A DNA stretch of 59,049 nucleotides, from assembly GCA_040222015.1 (NCBI GenBank), contig JAVJWO010000117.1, positions 1-59,049 of the forward strand, read 5' to 3'. Below the pieces are notes generated by a model. The model was not told where the DNA came from. It did not search any database and saw nothing but the letters and a program-made list of their open reading frames with translations. Below, in pieces: positions 51,883 through 59,049 of the stretch. Positions within the stretch are counted from its first letter, which is position 1, and each line of letters starts with the position of its first letter. The position numbers were made by a program, and so were the translations under genes. This stretch comes from Coleofasciculus chthonoplastes F2-STO-03 (GTDB lineage: Bacteria > Cyanobacteriota > Cyanobacteriia > Cyanobacteriales > Coleofasciculaceae).

Positions 51883-52629
51883 TCACTCGCTACGTCTTGC
51901 CCAACCGGTTAAGCGCCAGACACTGATAAACAACGCCCCAGACACCAAAGCACCCAAATTCCACTTCACCGAATCCTCTAGTAACCCCCAGCGCTGAGAC
52001 TTCTTCTGGGATTGAGCTTGCTCCTGCATCCGAGTCTCACCCTCTTCCAAAAATGTCGAAAGCTGCTCCTTCACCTCAGCTAACTGCTCAGTGCCTTGAA
52101 TCTGTGGTGTGCGCCCTTGACTATCCAATTGACTAATCAGAAACTGCATCTGTTCGACAGTCGTCGCTTGTCCGAGTGCCTCTCTTACCTGTTGAATTTG
52201 CTCTTGGCGCTGTTCAACTTGCCGAGTAATTTGATCCGTGTTCCGCGTTTCCAGTCGGATTGTGTTCACCACACCCAAGGGAACCATTAAAAAGAACAAA
52301 ACTCCCACCAGCAAAGTCAGCCAGGACAAAATATTCAGTACTAAAGGTTCCCATCGGGTGCGTTGATCTCGTTCGCCTAGAAACACCAGAGCCAACCCCA
52401 GCAACGGTACCGGAACTCGTTCCACCAATTGTCCGATTGCCTGAAACTCCCAAGCAGGATTCATCAAAACCGGAGGTACTAATATTACTACGACATCGAA
52501 GAATGCCAAAATCAATAACCCATAGCCTACCCACCGTACCACTCCGATTGACTTGGATAAACCAGCACTAAACTTCCAGAGTTGGTCAATGGCGGGAACA
52601 AATTTATCTTTTTCTTCTGATTGCGTCAT
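51883..52629 (-). CDS. HpsJ family protein (cyanoexosortase A-associated)
   Basis: VGYGLL.L..FD....L.PP..MNP.WEFQ.IG.LVERVPVPL.GL.LVF and KWNLGAL. Confidence 0.85.
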   Translation of the reverse strand: MTQSEEKDKFVPAIDQLWKFSAGLSKSIGVVRWVGYGLLILAFFDVVVILVPPVLMNPAWEFQAIGQLVERVPVPLLGLALVFLGERDQRTRWEPLVLNILSWLTLLVGVLFFLMVPLGVVNTIRLETRNTDQITRQVEQRQEQIQQVREALGQATTVEQMQFLISQLDSQGRTPQIQGTEQLAEVKEQLSTFLEEGETRMQEQAQSQKKSQRWGLLEDSVKWNLGALVSGALFISVWRLTGWARRSE

Positions 52630-52714
52630 GATTTTAATTATCAGTCTTATGTATTATGTCTTATGTCTTATGTCTTATGCTGGTTCCGACTCATAACATA
52701 AGACGTTCTATAGA

Positions 52715-52957
52715 TTATCTCTTTTTCCTACCTCTGGAAACCGATTCTCTAATTTATGAGTGGTACGAATGTAGAGACATACTAGGGTGTGTCTCTACCG
52801 ACGGCTGCAATGCCAACGACTCAAGCCTGGGAAGCCTAGCTGCTGACTTTCCTTGCCCTTTCTCAGCCAGGGTTGCCAGAATAACTTTCAGCAACACCAC
52901 GAGAACGGCACCAAAAATCAGCGCTAACACAAAAATCCGCACCTGTTTCCAGGACAT
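52715..52957 (-). pseudogene. Probable collapsed cyanoexosortase A system-associated protein
   Basis: The N-terminal WKQVRI..LAL.FG.V.. TM segment is coupled to the exosortase stop. It then hits a GTAGAGAC/GTCTCTAC palindrome; an RFP tail remnant follows. Confidence 0.5.
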
Positions 52958-53847
52958 TACGCCTCCTCAGTCTCCGGAGAACTTGCATCCTCCAGCCGCA
53001 GTAGCAACCAGTAAAACACGCCGAAAACCATCACAGAAATCATCCCGAAGACTAGAGAACCTTCGCCCTCATGCCAGTATTTAAACGCTTCCATGTTTTG
53101 GGCATTTGCCAGCACCGCCATCAACGCCACCCGGAAGCTATTGACGACAAATCCGACAACCAACGCCATGAGTGGCACGAAATACTGCTTGCGGCGCCCA
53201 ATGGGAAACATAATTAGACAAATCACCGATAATCCCAGCACATAAGTCATGGCTTCCATACCCGAACAGCCATGATACACCTTAACGCCACCATCAGGTA
53301 GGTTAATAAAGACCTTATCGTACAGATAGACCTGAAAGCCCATATAGTGCAGCATGAACGCCGAAAATATAGCCGTGATTGGCGAGATATCCGGTATAAA
53401 TGAGGCAATTGTCGCCGGTCCACCGAGAAAAAAGAGAATGGTTATTTCTTGCCAGTATTGTTTGAAGGCTTTAAACCCAGAGGCAAGTAACGCCACACCA
53501 ATGGCAGAAATAAAGGGAAGCAGCCGCAGTAGCGGTGCTAACTTCTGCACATTTTCGTTAGTTAGCCTCAACCCACTGATGTGGGCGCTATAGGAGAGGA
53601 CAAAACCAATGACGAGCGCTCCAACAATGCTAGGGACAACTCCACTTTCCAGGTTTAACTCATGGCGTTTGCCCCACAGCAGGGAACCAACCGCTAGCCA
53701 AAACAAAACACTCATGCCAAGCTGGGCTTCATCTCCGGCTTTCCAACTGAGTGTCATGTAAATGGCAACTAAGCCAGCCGCGATCGCAAGAAGCCAATAG
53801 GGGGGGATTTTTAATCGTTGCAGGGGTGTGAGGGATGTCGCTTTCAT
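52957..53847 (-). CDS. crtA: Cyanoexosortase A
   Basis: Multi-TM protein with catalytic-type motifs V..GCSG, NSFRVALMA and YWH.GEGS. Adjacent to PEP-CTERM and HpsJ genes. Confidence 0.9.
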   Translation of the reverse strand: MKATSLTPLQRLKIPPYWLLAIAAGLVAIYMTLSWKAGDEAQLGMSVLFWLAVGSLLWGKRHELNLESGVVPSIVGALVIGFVLSYSAHISGLRLTNENVQKLAPLLRLLPFISAIGVALLASGFKAFKQYWQEITILFFLGGPATIASFIPDISPITAIFSAFMLHYMGFQVYLYDKVFINLPDGGVKVYHGCSGMEAMTYVLGLSVICLIMFPIGRRKQYFVPLMALVVGFVVNSFRVALMAVLANAQNMEAFKYWHEGEGSLVFGMISVMVFGVFYWLLLRLEDASSPETEEA

Positions 53848-53881
53848 GGTGCTTTATGGGTAGAAACGATGAGAGAGAAAA

Positions 53882-56800
53882 TTAGCCAAACTGAATGCCG
53901 ATCATTACATCATTAAAGTCGATATCACTATCATTTGTCAGGTCTTCCCAGGCAAATTCATTCGGGGACAGTCGCCAGAAGTTATCTATCCCATTGGGGT
54001 TCGCGGCAATTAATGAGAAAAAGGCTAAGGGCGAATTCCCCAGTAAATTGTCGGGGTTTTCCCGTAAAAACTGTTCCGTTGTGCCGTTTTGGATCAGATA
54101 CCATCCTAAAATGCGATCGCTCTCCACATTTAGTGTCCGTTGCCCATTCCCCGTCTCTCCCGGTGCAACGATAACCTGGCGATTCGGCTGAGACAGGGCA
54201 GCTGCAGCATATCCTGGATCACCAGGGAATAAATTTCCGATTCGTCCATTGGGCTGATCAAACAAAAATAAACCTAATTCATGATTAATCGGGTTATCTT
54301 GTGCCATCCAGTTTAAAATCAGGGATCTCATCTCACCCAAATCCCCTGGCACCGTCCAATCCGCGTTACCTACGTTGAAGACAACATCATTAAAATCTTG
54401 ATCGCCGCCACCCGTGAGATCTTCCCAAGCCAGTTGCACCATTCCATCCCCCAACTCGGTACGTTGAACATGGTTAAACTGATCAGGATTTGCCGCCGTG
54501 ACGGAGAAAAAGGCAATAGTTTCCCCATCTAGACGATTGTCCGGATTCTCGGCTAGCCAGTCTGCTCGGGTACTATCCTGAATTAAATAAAACACCCAAT
54601 AGTCCCCCCCCTGGAGGCTCAAATCCACACCCTTACCTACCTTCTCATCCCGAGAAAATAATACCTGGCGTTCGGCGCTGGTTAAGGCTTGTTGGGCATA
54701 TCCCGGATCACCAGGGCGTACTCCATTCACAGTCCCCATCGCATCATCGACTCGCAAGACACCGACTTCATTTTTAAACTGGGCTTCTCGGAATGTCCAG
54801 TCGAACTGTAAGCGCACCGCCTCTCCGGGAGTTCCGCCCACTTGAAAAACGCCCTGAGTTGAACCAATTTGTGCCAGATCCACTAAACCAACGGGTAGAG
54901 TGGGTGTAGGCATAGGTGTCGGGGTATCATCAACATCCGCGATCGCAATCTCAAAGCTCTCTTCAAAAGAGAAGCCATCGGTATCGGTACTGCGGACAGT
55001 AATCTGATGACTCCTGTTAGTCTCAAAGTCTAGTTTAGACCCATCAGCAACTCGTAACTGATTTTGTGCGATCGCAAACCGTCCTTCGGCATCATCAACT
55101 AACCTGTAGGTATGGCGATCATCCGTATCTGGGTCAAGCGTCGTAAGCTCACCCACAACCGTCCCCTCTGATGTATTTTCAGCAACCGTTTGATTATCTA
55201 AACGAATCGCTGTGGGCGGATTGCCAATCGGGGCAGCCGGACTTTGCCAAACTGAAAAGAAGGCATCCTCACTTCCACCCGAAGTCCCCTGAAGCGGATT
55301 AACCGTAATCATATTTGTACCGGAATTTGTGGATACCATCGCCCGGATATCTCCAAACACCGCCACCCCATTCACCTCAGAACCCGATGGATTACCTCCC
55401 GACCAAAGTCCAACCAGTTCCCGTTGCTGAAAATCCTCACTTACAGCAATCACTGCGCCCTCAAAGCCACTGTAGTCTCCCACAGTAGTCCCATTAATTC
55501 GCAACTGAGAACGATTCGGTAATAAAGCTGCCGCTTGACCCCCAATATAAACTCGGCCATTGGCATCCGCCGTAATCGCATTAACCGTAAACGAATTCCC
55601 TTTACCATCTGAGGAACGGCGGGTGAGGAAAATCTGACCTTGATCTAAATTCCCTGTCCCCGGATTCAATCGGGCAAAATAGGCAAATTTCCCACTATTG
55701 CTGTTCGAGGTGTTTGTGTAGTTGTCGATATTAACATTGCCAGCCGATTGGGTGATGAGTTGGGGATCGCGTTGAAAAACACTATTCCCTCCATCCAAGC
55801 TACCTGCAAAGTAAAGCTGATTATCTTGTCCAATTGCTACCCGTAACCCGCGAGTATCTGCGCCTAGCTTTTCTGTTGCGGCTTCATTGGCAGAAAAATT
55901 GTAATTTTCCCAGTTAATCTGACCCGTGTAACTATAACTGCGGAGTAGGGGAAGCTGTAAATTGGTACTCACCTGTCGATATCCGGTGACAAATACCGAT
56001 GAAGTATTATTGTCAATTGCCACATCTGCAATCTGAGTTCCAGCTACAGTAAAGTCTCCGATGGGAGTCCCCTGTGGATTATAAACCGTCACCTGCTTAT
56101 CTGCAAGGACAGCCACCCGACCCTGTTGATCCACGGCGACTCGTTGGGCGCTACCGGGATTTTCACTCCAGAGAACCTGACTGGCGTCACTATTGAGGGT
56201 TTTAACGCCAAAGTCACCGACAACGGTGATGTTGCCATTGTTGCGATTGAGATCCAAGTCATCCACATCAGCACCCACCTGAGTTACTGAGAGTCTCGTT
56301 TGTCCCGTAGCATCCAAACGGATGACTGCCCCCTGCCCGTCTGCTAAACTCTGAGTCGGTGTTAGATCAAAATTCCCGCCAATCACAATGGTTCTGTCTG
56401 GGGCAATTTCCACCGCATTGCCACTGTCATCTCCATTTCCCCCCAAAAAACTGGCACTATTGACGGTTAAATTATTATCTACCGCATCCAGTACCGCCTG
56501 ATACGCCGACTGCGCCCACTTATGCAACGCTACATCGGATTCAATCGTTCCCTGAGATACCTCCAACTCCCAATCCCCGCCCAAAGCAGCATTCCCCGTG
56601 CGATCGCTAGAAGCGGCTACATCTGCCCCTGTCAACTGACTCACCTGTTCGATGAACTGCTTTCCTGAGGCGGTTGCTGCCAGATTACAGCCATAGAAGA
56701 GGATATCAGCCTCTGATGTTAACGCCCCTGCCCAAGTTTGCAACTGACTAGCATAAGTATTCAGTGTATCCAGGTTCAATTCTCCTGTGCCTAATTGCAA

Positions 56801-57301
56801 ACCAGCCGACATGCCATGGGAGATAATCTGAATACTGGAGAGTCCTTGACGTTGTGCCAATACCTGAGTAATTTGGCGAACCCCATCTTGATCCGGTGTC
56901 AGCATGACTACTTCAGCCCCAGGTAAAACCCCAGCCACTAAGGTTTCGGCGTCTGCAATCCCAGCGTCTACGAATACTAAAGTACCGTTTTGGGCGTTTC
57001 CCAGATCTAGCCCGGTGAGGATATCTCGCCCTGTTACTTCCTCTGAGTCAGCGTTTAATGTCTCTGGGGTTTCTTGCCGAGATAGATGGCGTTCTCGGAA
57101 TGTAATGTTTTGTTCAAAATCAATAACTGGACTATCTGGAAATGCCTGTAACTCTGGGATATACCCCTCACCGACGGGATCGCGGTTGGGGAAGCCATTG
57201 ACTCCCTCGATTTGATTAAACCCTAGTCCCTCTGAGTATCCCGATAAAATGTCCGCCTCAGCGGATACTCCCAATCCTGTTCTTGGTTCGATCAGTTCCA
57301 T
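53882..57301 (-). CDS. Large surface protein: DUF4347 + beta-propeller-like region + cadherin + DUF4114 repeats
   Basis: DUF4347 (LVFVD, IISHG, DILFYGCNLA, GGDWELE), cadherin (V.EN...G..VG, LDFE), and WEDL..GGD.DFND repeats. Start taken at MELIEP. Confidence 0.85.
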   Translation of the reverse strand: MELIEPRTGLGVSAEADILSGYSEGLGFNQIEGVNGFPNRDPVGEGYIPELQAFPDSPVIDFEQNITFRERHLSRQETPETLNADSEEVTGRDILTGLDLGNAQNGTLVFVDAGIADAETLVAGVLPGAEVVMLTPDQDGVRQITQVLAQRQGLSSIQIISHGMSAGLQLGTGELNLDTLNTYASQLQTWAGALTSEADILFYGCNLAATASGKQFIEQVSQLTGADVAASSDRTGNAALGGDWELEVSQGTIESDVALHKWAQSAYQAVLDAVDNNLTVNSASFLGGNGDDSGNAVEIAPDRTIVIGGNFDLTPTQSLADGQGAVIRLDATGQTRLSVTQVGADVDDLDLNRNNGNITVVGDFGVKTLNSDASQVLWSENPGSAQRVAVDQQGRVAVLADKQVTVYNPQGTPIGDFTVAGTQIADVAIDNNTSSVFVTGYRQVSTNLQLPLLRSYSYTGQINWENYNFSANEAATEKLGADTRGLRVAIGQDNQLYFAGSLDGGNSVFQRDPQLITQSAGNVNIDNYTNTSNSNSGKFAYFARLNPGTGNLDQGQIFLTRRSSDGKGNSFTVNAITADANGRVYIGGQAAALLPNRSQLRINGTTVGDYSGFEGAVIAVSEDFQQRELVGLWSGGNPSGSEVNGVAVFGDIRAMVSTNSGTNMITVNPLQGTSGGSEDAFFSVWQSPAAPIGNPPTAIRLDNQTVAENTSEGTVVGELTTLDPDTDDRHTYRLVDDAEGRFAIAQNQLRVADGSKLDFETNRSHQITVRSTDTDGFSFEESFEIAIADVDDTPTPMPTPTLPVGLVDLAQIGSTQGVFQVGGTPGEAVRLQFDWTFREAQFKNEVGVLRVDDAMGTVNGVRPGDPGYAQQALTSAERQVLFSRDEKVGKGVDLSLQGGDYWVFYLIQDSTRADWLAENPDNRLDGETIAFFSVTAANPDQFNHVQRTELGDGMVQLAWEDLTGGGDQDFNDVVFNVGNADWTVPGDLGEMRSLILNWMAQDNPINHELGLFLFDQPNGRIGNLFPGDPGYAAAALSQPNRQVIVAPGETGNGQRTLNVESDRILGWYLIQNGTTEQFLRENPDNLLGNSPLAFFSLIAANPNGIDNFWRLSPNEFAWEDLTNDSDIDFNDVMIGIQFG

Positions 57302-57477
57302 CTGCACTCTATCATCGCCATTGCCACTCCAATCTAGCCTGAGAAATCCGGGAGTCAACTGCCTCACCCACAAGGGGATGGGGTTTTCTCGGCGAATTTT
57401 ATAGAAACGCCGTAAAACCCACATCCTTTTAGGTGTGGGATATAAGGCGGGTCATCGGAGGTACGGAGATGACCAAA

Positions 57478-57873
57478 CTATCTGGTCTTCTGATTTTCAA
57501 TGTAACGCTTAACCGTCTCACTACTGACATTTCCCGCCGTTGAACAAAAAAAGCTTCTAGTCCACATACTTGGAAGCTTTTTTAAATGGGGGAATTCGTC
57601 TCTTAATTTGTAAGCTGTTGCTCCTTTGAGTCGATGCATAATGTTTGACGGCGCCACCGTGGGAGGGCAGTTAAGGAATAGATGAACATGGTCAGGCATC
57701 ACCTCCAAGGCAATAATCTGACAATCTAGCTCTATAGCTTTTGCTCTTAGTAATTCCTCGAATCTTTGAGCCACTTGACCTACAAGCACAGGCTGGCGGC
57801 GTCTTGGTATCCAGACAAAGTGATAGTTGATCAACGTAACTGACGTGTTGGCGTGACGATAATCTTGTCCCAT
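57478..57873 (-). CDS. tnpA: IS200/IS605 Y1 transposase TnpA
   Basis: INYHFVWIP.RR, HuH motif PDHVHLF, W.RSFF.ST.G, and catalytic Tyr in VKRYIE.Q. Confidence 0.93.
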   Translation of the reverse strand: MGQDYRHANTSVTLINYHFVWIPRRRQPVLVGQVAQRFEELLRAKAIELDCQIIALEVMPDHVHLFLNCPPTVAPSNIMHRLKGATAYKLRDEFPHLKKLPSMWTRSFFCSTAGNVSSETVKRYIENQKTR

Positions 57874-57930
57874 TGGTCTTGACAAATGGTCTAAAGACCA
57901 ATATTTTAGACAAGAGGGAGGAAAAACGCA

Positions 57931-59049
57931 ATGCTGGTTCTCGAATATAAAGTCAAGGCAAAACCACAGCAATACAAAGCTATTGACGAAGCTATCAAAA
58001 CGGTGCAGTTCATTCGCAACAAAGCAATTCGCTATTGGATGGATGCACCCAAGGATGCTAAAATCAATCGGTTCGCTTTAAATAAATATTCGACAGAACT
58101 ACGCAATGAGTTTGCCTTTGTCAAAGACCTAAACTCAATGGCGGTACAAGCGGCTACTGAGAGAGCTTGGCTTGCTATTGCTCGGTTTTACGATAATTGC
58201 CAGTCGAAAAAACCTGGAAAGAAAGGTTTTCCTAGATTTCAGAAAAACAACCGTTCAGTGGAGTACAAAACTAGCGGATGGAAGCTTCATTCCACAAAGC
58301 GACGCATTACTATTACCGACAAGAAAGGTATTGGTGAACTCAAGCTTTTAGGGAAGTGGGATATTCACACTTACTCAGTTAAGTCGATCAAGCGAGTTCG
58401 TTTAGTGCGTCGCGCTGATGGGTATTACTGTCAGTTTTCTGTAGATGCTGAATGTGTTGATATTCAGTCACCTACAGGTCAAGAAATTGGTTTAGATGTC
58501 GGTTTGGAGTATTTCTATACTGACTCAAACGGACACCATGAACCTAACCCAAAGTTTCTCAGGAAAGCCGAATCTAGCATAAAACACGCTCAGCGTTGCA
58601 TCTACAAGAAAATTAAAGGTTCGTCAGGACGCCGTAAGGCAAGGAGCCAATATTCCAGAAAACACTTAAGAGTAAGTAGGCAACGTACCGAACACGCTAA
58701 GAGACTGGCGCGTCACGTTTGCAAGTTTAACGACTTAGTAGCCTATGAAGACTTAAGGGTAGCAAATTTACTCAAAAATCACTGTCTGGCAAAGTCGATA
58801 GCTGATGCTAGTTGGTATCAGTTCAGACAGTGGTTAGAACACTTTGCTAAAAAGTTGGGAAGACTGGCTATTGCCGTTCCACCCCAGTATACAAGCCAGG
58901 AATGTAGTCAGTGTAAGGTAATTGTGAAAAAGTCCCTTAGCACCAGGACTCACGTTTGTTTGTGTGGGTTGATTCTGCAAAGAGATTGGAATGCGGCTAT
59001 CAATATTTTGCTCAAGGCAAAATCTAGGGATGGGCAATCCCGAAGTAAC
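57931..59049 (+). CDS. tnpB: RNA-guided endonuclease TnpB (3' end outside window; absent from the ORF track)
   Basis: ATG at 57931 after GGAGG. Motifs IGLDVGL, VAYEDL, TSQECSQC...HVC.CG, and RDWNAAINIL. Confidence 0.92.
   Translation, partial: MLVLEYKVKAKPQQYKAIDEAIKTVQFIRNKAIRYWMDAPKDAKINRFALNKYSTELRNEFAFVKDLNSMAVQAATERAWLAIARFYDNCQSKKPGKKGFPRFQKNNRSVEYKTSGWKLHSTKRRITITDKKGIGELKLLGKWDIHTYSVKSIKRVRLVRRADGYYCQFSVDAECVDIQSPTGQEIGLDVGLEYFYTDSNGHHEPNPKFLRKAESSIKHAQRCIYKKIKGSSGRRKARSQYSRKHLRVSRQRTEHAKRLARHVCKFNDLVAYEDLRVANLLKNHCLAKSIADASWYQFRQWLEHFAKKLGRLAIAVPPQYTSQECSQCKVIVKKSLSTRTHVCLCGLILQRDWNAAINILLKAKSRDGQSRSN

Larger units (their letters stand above)
57403..59049 (+). mobile_element. IS605-group element (divergent tnpA/tnpB); right end beyond window
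   Basis: Left-end hairpin CGCC.TA.AACCCACA...TGTGGGATATAAGGCG after TTTAT, with intact tnpA and tnpB. Confidence 0.85.

Noticed and set aside
57302..57424. N-terminal 41 aa of the 1180-aa ORF
   Set aside because: The ATG and most of these codons lie within IS-end sequence. A start at 57301 is more plausible.

Overview
This is 59 kb of chromosome from a filamentous cyanobacterium. HIP1 octamers (GCGATCGC) are dense, and heptamer/nonamer short tandem repeats, GTAG-type REP hairpins, a cyanoexosortase A/PEP-CTERM locus and SipA are present. An Oscillatoriales/Coleofasciculus-like host is an inference. Housekeeping genes (gap1, gpmA, acnB, cbiX behind a cobalamin riboswitch, a GDT1/Mnx transporter behind a yybP-ykoY riboswitch, yjbQ, a WecA/MraY-like transferase) alternate with accessory blocks: (i) an HTH-NACHT gene divergent from small DUF genes; (ii) a Yeh-like SWIM/DUF5691/MoxR/DUF5682 cluster with no VWA gene in view; (iii) a PAS histidine kinase with a broken response regulator; (iv) a co-oriented HNH/Uma2/PIN-TA/HicBA cassette run downstream of acnB; (v) three IS200/IS605-family elements; (vi) a PEP-CTERM/cyanoexosortase A locus. 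The most interesting sequence-level signals are a protein-less ~400-bp IS605 derivative that seems to keep a TnpB omega-RNA, interleaved inverted repeats around hicA, a 4.4 x ~203-bp structured tandem array, a promoter architecture shared by the two PEP-CTERM genes, a 27-nt in-frame insertion splitting a HIP1 site in phzF, and several genes collapsed to only their two ends. All family calls come from motif recognition, not database searches. No CRISPR array, rRNA or tRNA was found.
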